Made by a program: the position numbers and the translations under genes. A DNA stretch of 64,000 nt from Anaerolineae bacterium (lineage in GTDB: Bacteria; Chloroflexota; Anaerolineae; UBA1429), in contig OY776562.1 of the NCBI GenBank assembly GCA_963675785.1, positions 2,624,001 through 2,688,000 of the forward strand. The letters are read 5' to 3'. Position 1 is the first letter of the stretch; each line of letters opens with the position of its first letter. A model generated the notes under the pieces. The model saw only the letters and a list, made by a program, of their open reading frames with translations. It did no database searches and was not told where the DNA came from. This document shows positions 36,985 through 50,784 of the stretch, piece by piece.

Positions 36985-39900
36985 TCAGGGTGCAACACCC
37001 CACAAGGCCGGGAACCAGAGCCATACTTCTTCAGCATAGTTCCGAACGAGTACGTTCTGCGAAGTAACGGTCTTGTGGCCATAGTTATCCGTTACCTCAA
37101 CACGAACTGTGTACCAACCCGTCTTCGCATAGGTATGGGATACCTGACTGCTCGCATAAGCCGGCGTCCAGTCCGTCCCATCGCCAAAGTCCCAGCGATA
37201 GCTAACGCCTGTAGCACTACTCATAACCCCCGTGATAGCAGGCGTAGCAAGACTCGCCTCAAAGGTCATCAGTCTGCTAGCGTTGTCGACTGTCGTTACA
37301 GCAATCGAAGCAGTGGGCTCATCCCAACCCCACTCAAGCAGGGTTCCGAGGAACTCTTCGCGTGTGGTGCTTGTTTCGGTGTTGTTCACACCCTCCAAGC
37401 CGAACGTGGTATAGATAGAGCGCCCCAAATAGCTGATGCCTGGCGTCTCAAGCGTTGGTTCACCAGAGTGACTCATCGCCACGCAAGCGTTATGGAGCCC
37501 TGCATCCGAGGTTCCAATAGCCCCTGTGTATTGCAACAAGGACGTATATGGGAGCACTTCCTCAGGGTTATCCGGCGCTGTGACGGGATCTGTAGAAATC
37601 TCGTCAATATAGAACTGGTTAGCAGCGCCATCTCCGTCCGCTGAAAGATCTAGACTGATATCCCCAAAAGCGTCGGGAGCAGAAGTAACCGGTCCTACAG
37701 GTACAGTCGGTGTCAAGTAACCAGTCACCGAGTCATCAATGTACACACCACCCAAACCATAGGCATAGAGGAAACTAGCCGTATCAGCACTGGTCGCATC
37801 CCACACCGACGCCAAGTCCTGCCCCATGGCGATGAACACACCGTCATTGTTCAGGTAATCCATAAGGACATCCTGATCAACAGAGGTTAGTGGTGTAGAA
37901 ACGGTAAAGTAACCGTTGGGATAGTAGTTGTCACCGGTGTAGTAAATGATCGCATCATAGCCATAGAGTACTTCAGCATTGGGAATCGTCTGATCATTAC
38001 CGAAATACATGTCCGTGTCCCAGATGTCATAGGTATAACCCAAGTTGGTCAGGGTGGACGTGTAATAATCGGTGTAATCAGTCAGGTCCAAAGTCGTTGA
38101 GGCATCGTTGTCCAGCAAGAGGACATCCGCTCCACTGTACTCGGGAGTAACGCGGGCCCAGGCCGGCATGTGGGCGTCATGCTCGATACCGTCCATGATA
38201 ATGTATCCCTGGTTATCGCCAGTATCAGCACATTCGGACGTTGTCACTGTCACTTCGATGACGGCAGTCTCACCCGGTTCAAGTGTGACAGAGCTCGGAG
38301 AGACGGTAAAGCCTGCCAACGACGTGGTTTGCGTGATCGTCTCGGCATAGTATGTTGAAAGCGCATAAGTCTCGGTGACATCGGCCACGCTTGTCAGAGT
38401 TACCTGCAACGAGGTGGTGGTTCCCGTCGGCACCGTGCCAAAGCTCAAGCTGGGAGGATCGAGCAGCACACCAGGATCCGCGGCATTGGTCAGATCTAGG
38501 CGGCCAGCGCCCATATCCAATGGCTGAGCAGGTGTGCCATCCGAGGTTACCACGCCCTCATAGACGGATGACGACATGAGGGCCGATTTGATATCATCGT
38601 TCGACCACTCGGGATGCGCGGCTTTGAGCAAAGCAGCAGCACCAGCTACGTGAGGCGAGGCCATCGAAGTACCTGACGCCTGACCGTAACCAAGGTGACG
38701 CGCCTCACCGGTAACACCCGAAGCATAACCCTGCGCCAGGATGTTGACACCAGGTGCAGCGATATCCGGTTTGAGTTCATTTCCTACTGCGGGCCCACGG
38801 CTCGAAAAGTCAGCGACCACATCTGGCGTGTTGCCGATCTGGAAGGCCGTCATATCAACGGTAAGAACGGCATCCGCATTCCCTTCGGCAAAGGCCACCA
38901 TAGCATCGCCGTCGGTTTGACCAACAAAGACAGATGGAATAGTGACATAGCCACCATAGACACCGCCAGACATGTTGATCAGATCATCACCTGCATTGTT
39001 GTAGATGATGACCATTTCAGCACCAGCCAACTGCGCATTGTAAACTTTGAGGCCAAACTCGCAGCTACCGCGGCTAATGAGCACAGCCTTACCGTCAAAT
39101 ACACCATCATCCCATTCAGAACAGCCTGTCACATTCGTCGGATCAATCGAATTAGCTGTCACTAGAGAATAGGTAACGACAGTGCCCGCTTCCAAAGCGG
39201 CGCCAAAGTCTGCATCCCCAAAGTAGACGCCCGAGACAGGATCATCGGTTGCCGTTACGGAATCTACGCCCAATTGGCCAGCAGCCAATGTCCCCGTTGT
39301 GCTGGTTGCGGCAACGTTGATGTAAGAAGAAGAAGGGTGATCACCCGTCGAAAGAGCCGGGCCAGCATTGCCGTTGGACATGGACACAAAGATGCCAGCA
39401 GTCCAGGCGTTATTCAGGGCCGTATCAAGCGCATCAAACTGGCCACCCACACCAGTCGGGCCGCCGCCCCAGCTGTTGTTGAGCACATCAGCGCCATCAG
39501 CGACAATGTCTTCCAAAGCAGCAAGGCCTTCAGCCGTATAGAATGAACCATCGCCCGTAACACTGTCATAGAATACACGATAGCTCATGAGCCAGGCACC
39601 AGGCGCCACACCGCTCATGTCCTCAATTTCGAGGCCAAGGTAATCAGCAGTTACGACGTTACCGGCCGCTGTTGACCCAGTATGCGTACCGTGTGATGTA
39701 CCTGTCTCACCTGGCCAAGGATTTTCTTCACCTGTCGCCGGGGGGTCCCAGGCGCGAAAGTAAACACGCGAGCAGATGATCTTACCATTGTTGTTTGACT
39801 TTAGGCCCAAACCACCCTCAGGATAGTCCTCAGGATAGTCAAAACCTGTACCATCAAACATGGCAGCCTCATTATGCAAGCCGCCGTCCATAGAGGCCAC

Positions 39901-40488
39901 CTTTACACCAGCACCGGCGTCAGCCTGGCCGCCCTCAACATCCCACAACGTGGTTGCATTGATCAGGGTCGTGCTCGTGTAAAGGTCTGTCGAATAAGCA
40001 TAGTCAAAGTAGACTGCTTCTACGCCATCAAGACTGAGTAAAACCTCTTCAGCCTTTTCGAGGTCCTCATTTGGATCGATCGCAAGACCGTTAAAGGCAA
40101 TCTGGTAGGTCTCCTGTTCAGTCTCACCGAACTCGTTCACAAAGGCAGAAACCTCAGAGCCAGGCAGCGCCGCGGTCATTGCCTCAATGAAAGCTTGTTG
40201 CTGCGCTTGAAGGCTTGCAATATAGTCTTGCGATTGAATGTCCTGAACTGCTGAATAAGTGTCATTTAGCTGATCCGGATCATTCTCAGCCAGCCACTCA
40301 ACAAGACTTTGCCCCTCAAGCTCTACAATCAAACGATGTGAAGTAACCTGGTCTACGCCACGCTCCGTCTCTGCTACTTTTACAGAGTCATCAGTGGGAG
40401 ACACCGGCCCTTGCGCCATTGCCATAGGTGCCATAACAAGCACCAGGGTAATGAGTACACCTATTGACTTGAGAATGTTCCGCTTCAT
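36985..40488 (-). CDS. Secreted S8 subtilase (Vpr-like) with propeptide, PA, Ig-like and PKD domains
   Basis: Signal peptide; triad motifs MDGG, HGTHTGST, GTSMASPHVAG; PA domain ISRGSCEF; PKD motif WDFGDG. Confidence 0.9.
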   Translation of the reverse strand: MKRNILKSIGVLITLVLVMAPMAMAQGPVSPTDDSVKVAETERGVDQVTSHRLIVELEGQSLVEWLAENDPDQLNDTYSAVQDIQSQDYIASLQAQQQAFIEAMTAALPGSEVSAFVNEFGETEQETYQIAFNGLAIDPNEDLEKAEEVLLSLDGVEAVYFDYAYSTDLYTSTTLINATTLWDVEGGQADAGAGVKVASMDGGLHNEAAMFDGTGFDYPEDYPEGGLGLKSNNNGKIICSRVYFRAWDPPATGEENPWPGETGTSHGTHTGSTAAGNVVTADYLGLEIEDMSGVAPGAWLMSYRVFYDSVTGDGSFYTAEGLAALEDIVADGADVLNNSWGGGPTGVGGQFDALDTALNNAWTAGIFVSMSNGNAGPALSTGDHPSSSYINVAATSTTGTLAAGQLGVDSVTATDDPVSGVYFGDADFGAALEAGTVVTYSLVTANSIDPTNVTGCSEWDDGVFDGKAVLISRGSCEFGLKVYNAQLAGAEMVIIYNNAGDDLINMSGGVYGGYVTIPSVFVGQTDGDAMVAFAEGNADAVLTVDMTAFQIGNTPDVVADFSSRGPAVGNELKPDIAAPGVNILAQGYASGVTGEARHLGYGQASGTSMASPHVAGAAALLKAAHPEWSNDDIKSALMSSSVYEGVVTSDGTPAQPLDMGAGRLDLTNAADPGVLLDPPSLSFGTVPTGTTTSLQVTLTSVADVTETYALSTYYAETITQTTSLAGFTVSPSSVTLEPGETAVIEVTVTTSECADTGDNQGYIIMDGIEHDAHMPAWARVTPEYSGADVLLLDNDASTTLDLTDYTDYYTSTLTNLGYTYDIWDTDMYFGNDQTIPNAEVLYGYDAIIYYTGDNYYPNGYFTVSTPLTSVDQDVLMDYLNNDGVFIAMGQDLASVWDATSADTASFLYAYGLGGVYIDDSVTGYLTPTVPVGPVTSAPDAFGDISLDLSADGDGAANQFYIDEISTDPVTAPDNPEEVLPYTSLLQYTGAIGTSDAGLHNACVAMSHSGEPTLETPGISYLGRSIYTTFGLEGVNNTETSTTREEFLGTLLEWGWDEPTASIAVTTVDNASRLMTFEASLATPAITGVMSSATGVSYRWDFGDGTDWTPAYASSQVSHTYAKTGWYTVRVEVTDNYGHKTVTSQNVLVRNYAEEVWLWFPALWGVAP

Positions 40489-40628
40489 AGGCTCTTTGTT
40501 CCCCTTCCTCCGATTTACTTTTTCGAACAGCCAAAGCACCTTTGCCTTATTGCACATACTCCTTTTTAACCTATCCATGTAGATAGTGTCAAGAGCGAAT
40601 ATGCCCAAATAACCAAAAACTAACCTGA

Positions 40629-40657
40629 TTGACAAGACCTTTCTGTAGTGATACTAT
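40629..40657 (+). promoter_or_regulatory. Promoter of the SAM-regulated operon
   Basis: TTGACA-17 bp-TACTAT. Confidence 0.65.
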
Positions 40658-40688
40658 TTCAATCGGCTTACATATATTATGGAAAGCG

Positions 40689-40813
40689 CTCTTATCCAGA
40701 GGGGGGGAGGGATCGGCCCTGTGAACCCCCGGCAACCCTGTTATTGGATTATTCTCTGGGTGCCAACTCCGGCAGATTGGTAATCTTGGAATTACCCGTC
40801 TGAAAGATGAGAG
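40689..40813 (+). ncRNA. SAM-I (S-box) riboswitch
   Basis: CTCTTATCCAGAG..GGAGGGA.CGGCCC..TGAA.CC..GGCAACC...GGTGCCAA.TCC.GCAG...CTGAAAGATGAGAG. Confidence 0.95.
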
Positions 40814-40828
40814 GGAGATAAGCATTCA

Positions 40829-40862
40829 GACGTCTCCCCATTCGGGAGACGTTCTCTTTTTG
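40829..40862 (+). terminator. Riboswitch expression-platform terminator
   Basis: GACGTCTCCC-CATTC-GGGAGACGTT-CTCTTTTT. Confidence 0.8.
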
Positions 40863-40874
40863 TGGGAGAAGCGC

Positions 40875-41963
40875 GTGACGCGCCATAAGAACAGCTTGAC
40901 CCCTGGATGGCTACCTGTAGCCATGGGCAGCCTTCCGCATACTGATCCACATAAAGCTTGGCAGGCCATTCTAAAGAACTTGGCCGAAGTGCCTGGTTGG
41001 CCTCAACTACCCAAAAGAGCAGCCAACGAAGGTGTCTATCGGCAATTCGCAGAACGCTTTCCGGCTCTTTCGGTTGTGGATGGACGATTGTGTATTGACC
41101 GCACAGTAGATCTCGACCAAGAGTTGAGCGAACTTTATCTTGCCTACTTGGAATATGATCTTTCCTATGCCCGTATCAGCAATGAGCGGGCCAAGGCTCT
41201 GGCACTTTTGATCGAAGGACATATCGATGTAGGCAAGCCGCTGGCAATCAAGAGCCAGATAACAGGCCCGGTCAGTTTTGGTCTTTCCGTCGTCGATCGC
41301 TACCAGCGACCCATTCTCTATGACAAGGTAATGGCAGATGCCATTGCTAAACATCTTCGCTTAAAGGCCGCCTATCTCGAGCAACAACTCGACAGATTTG
41401 CCTCGACGATCATTACCATCATCGAAGAACCCTACATGGCCTCTTTTGGCTCGCAATATGTCTCCCTCACTCGCGCTCAAGTAACCACCATGATCTCCGA
41501 GGTCATGGATGGCATCCAAGGGGTTCGGGGCATCCATTGTTGCGGAAATACCGATTGGTCCCTCATCCTCAAAACACCTGTCGAGTTATTGAGCATGGAT
41601 GCCTACGATTATGGACGAACACTGACGGACCATGCACAGGGGCTGCAGGCCTTTTTAGAGCGCGGCGGCATCTTGTGTTGGGGTATTGTGCCAGCCGGAA
41701 TGGCAGCACAGAACGAGACTGTTCCGCATCTTGTTACACTTCTCGAACAGCACATCGAGCGCCTTGTCGAGCAGGGCGTCAATCGCGATCTCTTGTTAAC
41801 CCAGGGCATGGTCTCACCATCGTGTGGGCTGGGATCTGTTGATATCCCCTTGGCGGAACACATTCTTTCGTTGACTCGTCAAGTCTCCGAGGAGATGCGG
41901 CACCGCTATATTGTTCAAGAGCCCGTCGTCAATGAAAACTCGGAGCAGGAGGAGTTGGGTTGA
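40875..41963 (+). CDS. Single-barrel core-MetE methionine synthase (MesB-like)
   Basis: GSLPH, WPQLP, ITGPVS, EEP, GIHCCGN, WGIVP, SPSCGLG; about 360 aa without the N-terminal MetE barrel; S-box upstream. Confidence 0.8.
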   Translation: MTRHKNSLTPGWLPVAMGSLPHTDPHKAWQAILKNLAEVPGWPQLPKRAANEGVYRQFAERFPALSVVDGRLCIDRTVDLDQELSELYLAYLEYDLSYARISNERAKALALLIEGHIDVGKPLAIKSQITGPVSFGLSVVDRYQRPILYDKVMADAIAKHLRLKAAYLEQQLDRFASTIITIIEEPYMASFGSQYVSLTRAQVTTMISEVMDGIQGVRGIHCCGNTDWSLILKTPVELLSMDAYDYGRTLTDHAQGLQAFLERGGILCWGIVPAGMAAQNETVPHLVTLLEQHIERLVEQGVNRDLLLTQGMVSPSCGLGSVDIPLAEHILSLTRQVSEEMRHRYIVQEPVVNENSEQEELG

Positions 41964-42913
41964 TAGTTGTTGTAGGATCCGTTGGATTGGACGATGTTGA
42001 AACAAAACTTGGCAAGCGCACTCGCACACTAGGTGGTGCTTGCACCTATTTCTCAGCAGCAGCAAGCCTTTACGACCAAGTAGCCATGGTTGCCGTAGTG
42101 GGCAAAGATTTCCCCAGTGAACACATTGACTACCTGAGCTCCAAAGGCGTTGATCTTCGCGGATTGCAGATTGCCGATGGCAAGACCTTTTTCTGGGCGG
42201 GCCGCTACAGTGAAAACATGGATGAGGCACTCACCCTGGATACCCAGCTCAACGTCTTTGCCAATTTCCAACCGAACGTACCCGATGATCTGCGCAATGC
42301 AGAATACCTCTTTCTGGCGAACATTGACCCCAGCCTTCAGATTCACGTGCTGGAGCAAATGAAAAATCCGCGGGTTACTGCCCTGGATTCCATGAACTTT
42401 TGGATCACTTCTACGCGAGAAAACTTGACCCGAGCTATGTCTATGGTTGATATCGTCTTTCTCAACGAGACAGAAACTCGACTCTATTCCGGGATCGATA
42501 ACCTGTGTGCCGGGGCCAGAGCCATTCTGACTCTGGGGCCGCGTGCTGTGGTCATCAAGCGTGGTCAGTATGGTTCTATGCTACTAACAGCTGCTGAACC
42601 CGATCTGCCCTTCTTTGTGCCTGCCTACCCCACCGAGAAGGTGGTAGACCCAACCGGCGCTGGTGACACATTCGCCGCTGGCTTTATGGGGTATATTGCT
42701 CAAACTGGTGATCTTTCAATCAAAAGTTTGCGGCAAGCCGTCGTTCACGGTACAGTTGTGGCCTCATTCACTGTTGAAGATTTTTCTATCGACCGGCTTC
42801 GCCAACTCTCGTCAGAGGAAGTTGACGAGAGATATGATACTATGCGTCTTCTGACGCACTTTGATCCTCCACAAGAGGATCAAGCTCGAATATTCGAGCA
42901 ACCTTTCCTTTAG
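41960..42913 (+). CDS. PfkB-family kinase (possible adenosine kinase)
   Basis: GSVGLD, LGGA..Y, DPTGAGDTFA.GF. Confidence 0.85.
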   Translation: MIVVVGSVGLDDVETKLGKRTRTLGGACTYFSAAASLYDQVAMVAVVGKDFPSEHIDYLSSKGVDLRGLQIADGKTFFWAGRYSENMDEALTLDTQLNVFANFQPNVPDDLRNAEYLFLANIDPSLQIHVLEQMKNPRVTALDSMNFWITSTRENLTRAMSMVDIVFLNETETRLYSGIDNLCAGARAILTLGPRAVVIKRGQYGSMLLTAAEPDLPFFVPAYPTEKVVDPTGAGDTFAAGFMGYIAQTGDLSIKSLRQAVVHGTVVASFTVEDFSIDRLRQLSSEEVDERYDTMRLLTHFDPPQEDQARIFEQPFL

Positions 42914-44233
<1,320 letters not shown>

Positions 44234-44281
44234 TCAGTTTAGCCTGCGCCCACCAGGGCTCCACAAGAAAGCGAATGGGAT

Positions 44282-45490
44282 ATGAGCACCTTTGATGAAT
44301 CCCCCCGATTTCTCTTTACATCTGAATCGGTAACCGAAGGACATCCGGACAAAGTCTGCGATCAGATATCTGACGCCGTCCTTGATGCCATCTATGCGCA
44401 AGACCCTTACGGTCGTGTTGCCTGCGAATGTGTCGCCACCACCGGGCTCATCCTGGTTACTGGTGAAATTACGACGTCGTGTTACGTTGATATCCCCTCC
44501 ATTGTTCGTGAAGTAGTGGGCGATATCGGCTATACACGTGCTAAATACGGCTTTGATAACGAGACTTGTGGCGTGATCACCTCGGTCAAAGAACAGTCAG
44601 CCGACATCGCTCTGGGCGTCGATTGCGCCCAGGAAGCCAAAGAAGGCGAGATGACGGATGAAGAGATCGAAAAAGTGGGTGCCGGTGATCAGGGTATGAT
44701 GTTTGGCTATGCTTGCACAGAGACGCCAGAGCTCATGCCTATGCCCATCACCCTGGCTCATAGGCTCTCAGAGCGTCTCGCCACCGTTCGCAAGGACAAG
44801 ACCTTGCCCTACCTGCGTCCAGATGGCAAAACCCAGGTGACAGTAGAGTATCACTATGGCAAGCCGGTGCGCGTCGATACCATCGTTATCGCCAGCCAGC
44901 ATGATCCCGATATCAGCCAGCCGCAAATCCAGCGCGACATCACCGAGCACGTCATCAAGGCAGTCATTCCTGCGGACATGCTCGATGAGAAAACACACAT
45001 CTATGTGAACAGCACCGGGCGCTTTGTCATCGGCGGCCCGATGGGCGACTCGGGTCTCACCGGTCGCAAGATCATCGTCGATACCTATGGCGGCTTTGTG
45101 CCCCATGGCGGCGGTGCCTTCTCCGGCAAAGATCCCACCAAAGTCGACCGCTCAGCCTCCTATGCGGCACGTTGGGTAGCCAAGAACGTGGTAGCCGCCG
45201 GTCTGGCAGATCGTTGCCAGATCCAGCTGGCTTACACCATCGGCGTGGCCTCGCCCATCTCGCTGAACGTAGAGACCTTTGGTACCGGCAAATTGCCCGA
45301 TGCCGAGATCGAAAAGATCATCCGCGAGCACTTTGACCTTCGTCCAGGTGCCATCATCCGCGATCTCAGACTGCGTCGACCGATTTATCGCCAGACAGCT
45401 AACTATGGCGCCTTTGGCCGCACCAACATCGATGCACCCTGGGAAGAGACCAACAAGGTGGACGAGCTTCGCCTGGCTGCTGACCGCTAG
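44282..45490 (+). CDS. metK: S-adenosylmethionine synthetase
   Basis: [33 protein letters not shown]. Confidence 0.98.
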   Translation: MSTFDESPRFLFTSESVTEGHPDKVCDQISDAVLDAIYAQDPYGRVACECVATTGLILVTGEITTSCYVDIPSIVREVVGDIGYTRAKYGFDNETCGVITSVKEQSADIALGVDCAQEAKEGEMTDEEIEKVGAGDQGMMFGYACTETPELMPMPITLAHRLSERLATVRKDKTLPYLRPDGKTQVTVEYHYGKPVRVDTIVIASQHDPDISQPQIQRDITEHVIKAVIPADMLDEKTHIYVNSTGRFVIGGPMGDSGLTGRKIIVDTYGGFVPHGGGAFSGKDPTKVDRSASYAARWVAKNVVAAGLADRCQIQLAYTIGVASPISLNVETFGTGKLPDAEIEKIIREHFDLRPGAIIRDLRLRRPIYRQTANYGAFGRTNIDAPWEETNKVDELRLAADR

Positions 45491-45502
45491 ACGAACGCCT
45501 AC

Positions 45503-45538
45503 GAACGCCCGCTGCCCTTGCAGCGGGCGTTTTTGTTT
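45503..45538 (+). terminator. Intrinsic terminator after metK
   Basis: AACGCCCGCTGC-CCTT-GCAGCGGGCGTT-TTTGTTT. Confidence 0.85.
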
Positions 45539-45579
45539 GGCCTGCTTACTCCAGGCTGTTATAATGCGGCTACTCATTC

Positions 45580-47537
<1,958 letters not shown>

Positions 47538-47561
47538 TACGAAACCAGACAAGGAGTAGAG

Positions 47562-48989
47562 ATGTCACAAATAAAGTTTGGTACAGACGGTTGGCGCGCT
47601 GCAATTGCTCGAGATTACACCTTTGAGAATGTTCGTTATTGTGCCCAGGGCACTGCCGAATACCTTATCAAAGCCGGCCTGGCCAACCGCGGCATGGTGA
47701 TTGGCTATGATATGCGCTTTCTTTCAGAAGATTTTGCCAAGACGGTGGCTGAAGTGTTCGCTGGCAACGGCATCCACGCCTATGTCTCTGAGACGGCAGC
47801 TCCTACCCCTGTCAACTCTTATGCCATCTTGCCGCTCAAGGCCGCTGGCGGTGTGTGGATCACGGCCAGCCATAACCCGGCAACCGATAACGGTTATAAA
47901 TTGCGCTCGTCTTATGGCGGCGCAGCAGCGCCCGATGTCCTTACCCAGGTGGAACAGTACATTACCGAAGCCCAGGCTGCTGGTAGCGTCAAGACACTGG
48001 ATTTTGATGCCGCTGAAAAGCAGGGTCTGGTAGAGACGCTGGACATCGAGACCTCTTATATTGAGCACCTCAAGACCTTGCTCGATTGGCAGCCCATTCG
48101 TGATGCCGGGCTGCGCCTGGTGGTTGACCCCATGTGGGGCGTAGGCCAGGGCTGGTTCCCCCGTTTGCTCAGTGGCGGCAATACCAACATCAAAGAAATC
48201 CACGGCGAGCGCAATCCGCTCTTCCCACGGATGCATCGTCCCGAACCCATTGGCGAAAACCTGCAAGACCTCTTTGCTACCGTCAAAGAACTGGGTTCTG
48301 ACGCTGGTGTAGCCTTTGACGGCGATGCCGACCGTGTCGGTTTCTGCAACGAAAAGGGCGTGTTCGTCAACCAGCTCGAGGTTTACGCTCTGCTCGCCTT
48401 TTACCTGCTAGAAATACGCGGTATGCGCGGCCCTTTGGTCAAGACTGTTAGCACCACGGTGATGGCTAACAAGCTGGCCGCCCTGTACGGTGTGGATGTC
48501 TATGAGACCCGTGTCGGGTTCAAATATGTGGCCCCCGAAATGCTGCGTACCGACGCCATTATGGGCGGCGAAGAAAGCGGTGGCTTTGCCTTCAAGGGGC
48601 ACATCCCCGAGCGCGATGGCATCCTAGCTGGCCTGTTCCTGCTCGACCTCATGGTCAAAATGGGCAAATCGCCTTCGCAGTTGCTGGATCACATTTTCTC
48701 ACTGGTGGGACCGCACTATTACGACCGTATTGATCGTCGCATGACGCCCGAACAAAAGCCGGCTGTTCAGGCTCTCATCGCTCAGGCCAAGCCTACCACC
48801 CTGGCTGGGCTCAAAGTGGAAAAGATCGACACCACCGAGGGCTATCGCTACTGCTTGGAAGACGGCGGTTGGATGCTCATTCGTTTCTCGGGCACCGAAC
48901 CCGTCATTCGCGTATATTGCGAAACTACCTACGAAGACAAGGTGCAAGACCTGCTACACGAGGGTCTGCGCATGGCCAATCTAGCCTGA
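47562..48989 (+). CDS. Phosphoglucomutase/phosphomannomutase
   Basis: FGTDGWR, TASHNP, DGDADR, GEESGG, RFSGTEP. Confidence 0.93.
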   Translation: MSQIKFGTDGWRAAIARDYTFENVRYCAQGTAEYLIKAGLANRGMVIGYDMRFLSEDFAKTVAEVFAGNGIHAYVSETAAPTPVNSYAILPLKAAGGVWITASHNPATDNGYKLRSSYGGAAAPDVLTQVEQYITEAQAAGSVKTLDFDAAEKQGLVETLDIETSYIEHLKTLLDWQPIRDAGLRLVVDPMWGVGQGWFPRLLSGGNTNIKEIHGERNPLFPRMHRPEPIGENLQDLFATVKELGSDAGVAFDGDADRVGFCNEKGVFVNQLEVYALLAFYLLEIRGMRGPLVKTVSTTVMANKLAALYGVDVYETRVGFKYVAPEMLRTDAIMGGEESGGFAFKGHIPERDGILAGLFLLDLMVKMGKSPSQLLDHIFSLVGPHYYDRIDRRMTPEQKPAVQALIAQAKPTTLAGLKVEKIDTTEGYRYCLEDGGWMLIRFSGTEPVIRVYCETTYEDKVQDLLHEGLRMANLA

Positions 48990-48990
48990 T

Positions 48991-49788
48991 ATGAACCTCT
49001 TTGATTCGCACACCCATCTTGCTTCGAGTAAATTCGAACAAGATCGTCAGAACGTAATCGCCCGCGCATTTGGCGCGGGCGTTCGGCGGATGATGGTGTG
49101 TGGCTCTGACCTCACTTCCAGCAGGGCCGCCTTGGCACTGGCTCAGGCATATGATGGTCTCTATGCCGCGGCAGGCTTTCACGCTCACGAAGCCAGCCAA
49201 GCTATCTTGACTGAAAGCGATTCTTGGCGCATCGATGAGGCGATTATTCAAGAGATCGCCACCCTAGCTACTGCTCCTCGCGTGGTGGCCATTGGTGAAA
49301 TTGGCCTCGACTATCACTATGATTTCTCGCCTCGCGACATGCAAAAGAGTGTGCTGACCCGCCATCTCCAACTGGCCAATGAGCTGAACTTGCCAGTTAT
49401 CTTGCACAACCGCGAATCAGACGAGGATATGCGTCATGTTGTCGATGCCATACCACCTAAAGCGGGGGGCGTGTTGCATTGTTTCCTTGCTGATCAGCAG
49501 ATGGCAGACTGGGCCTTGTCGGTCGGGCTGTACATCGGTGTAGCGGGGCCCATTTCCTTCAAGAACCTCACCCACCTGGCGCCCATTCTGCGCACTGTGC
49601 CCCCTGAGCGTCTGCTCATCGAGACCGACTGTCCCTATCTGGCACCGCATCCTATGCGCGGCAAGCGCAACGAGCCGGCTTTTGTGAGCTATGTCGCTGG
49701 ACACTTGGCTCGCGTCTTGGACATGACCCCTGAAGACGTCGCCGAGCTGACCACCGCCAACGCCTGCCACTTGTTTGGGGTAACCTAG
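48991..49788 (+). CDS. TatD family hydrolase
   Basis: DSHTH, GEIGLDY, HNR, HCF, ETDCPYL.P. Confidence 0.93.
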   Translation: MNLFDSHTHLASSKFEQDRQNVIARAFGAGVRRMMVCGSDLTSSRAALALAQAYDGLYAAAGFHAHEASQAILTESDSWRIDEAIIQEIATLATAPRVVAIGEIGLDYHYDFSPRDMQKSVLTRHLQLANELNLPVILHNRESDEDMRHVVDAIPPKAGGVLHCFLADQQMADWALSVGLYIGVAGPISFKNLTHLAPILRTVPPERLLIETDCPYLAPHPMRGKRNEPAFVSYVAGHLARVLDMTPEDVAELTTANACHLFGVT

Positions 49789-50784
49789 ATGGACGACCCC
49801 ACCTTGCACATCATCATCGTCAACTGGAACGTGCGCGACTTGCTGGCCAACTGCCTGGATTCCATCGTCAGCCAGGGCACACTTCAGGATGATGGCTTTG
49901 TCACTCTCGATGATGGCAGCAGTGTAAAGGTGACAGTGGTAGACAACCATTCCAGCGACGATAGCGTGGCCCTACTCGAGCGGAATTACGGCTGGGTTGA
50001 CCTGGTCAAGAGCAATACGAACTTGGGCTTTACCCGCGGCAATAATCTGGCCTTGGAACAGTCCCGAGGTGAGTATATCATGTTGCTCAACCCGGATACG
50101 CGACTGGAAGCGGGAGCCTTACGTATCATGCTGGATTATGCCCGCGCCCATAGCGATGTAGCCGTCATAGGGCCCAAGCTGCTGTACGGCGACGGTTCGC
50201 CGCAGTCCTCACGCCGCCGCTTCCCCACGCTGACGACGGCCCTCTTTGAGAGCACCCTGTTGGAGAGTTGGTTCCCCAACAACCGCTGGGCCCGGGCCTA
50301 CCGCCTGGCCGATACCGATGATGACGCCACTCAAGATGTCGATTGGGTCAACGGCGCCTGTATGCTGGCTAAAAAAGCGGCTGTGAAACCCCTGGGCTGG
50401 CTGGATCCGTCTTATTTCATGTATTCGGAAGAACTCGATTGGTGCAAACGCATCCGCGATGCCGGTTGGCGCGTGGTTTATTTACCGCAGGCGGCGGTTA
50501 TCCATTACGAGGGCCAGAGTAGCGGCCAGATCGTGGCTCAACGAGACATCTATTTCCATAGCAGCAAGGTATATTACTTTGACAAATATCATGGTCGTTG
50601 GGCAGCAGAGTTCTTGCGTTGTTTTTTGTTAGCCAGCTTGAGGCAAAGTTGGCTCATCGAGGCCCTTAAATGGCTGTTGGGGCATAAGCGTCCCCTACGC
50701 CAAGCGCGCATGACAGCTTACAAAGAGGTCATTCATTCCGGCCTCAGAGCAGCCGGTAACGGGCTGGAGGTACCCAGAGCGTGA
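49789..50784 (+). CDS. GT2 glycosyltransferase (WbbL/rhamnosyltransferase-like)
   Basis: IVNWN, VVDN.S.D, N.GF..GNN, LNPD, YFMYSEELDWC. Confidence 0.88.
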   Translation: MDDPTLHIIIVNWNVRDLLANCLDSIVSQGTLQDDGFVTLDDGSSVKVTVVDNHSSDDSVALLERNYGWVDLVKSNTNLGFTRGNNLALEQSRGEYIMLLNPDTRLEAGALRIMLDYARAHSDVAVIGPKLLYGDGSPQSSRRRFPTLTTALFESTLLESWFPNNRWARAYRLADTDDDATQDVDWVNGACMLAKKAAVKPLGWLDPSYFMYSEELDWCKRIRDAGWRVVYLPQAAVIHYEGQSSGQIVAQRDIYFHSSKVYYFDKYHGRWAAEFLRCFLLASLRQSWLIEALKWLLGHKRPLRQARMTAYKEVIHSGLRAAGNGLEVPRA

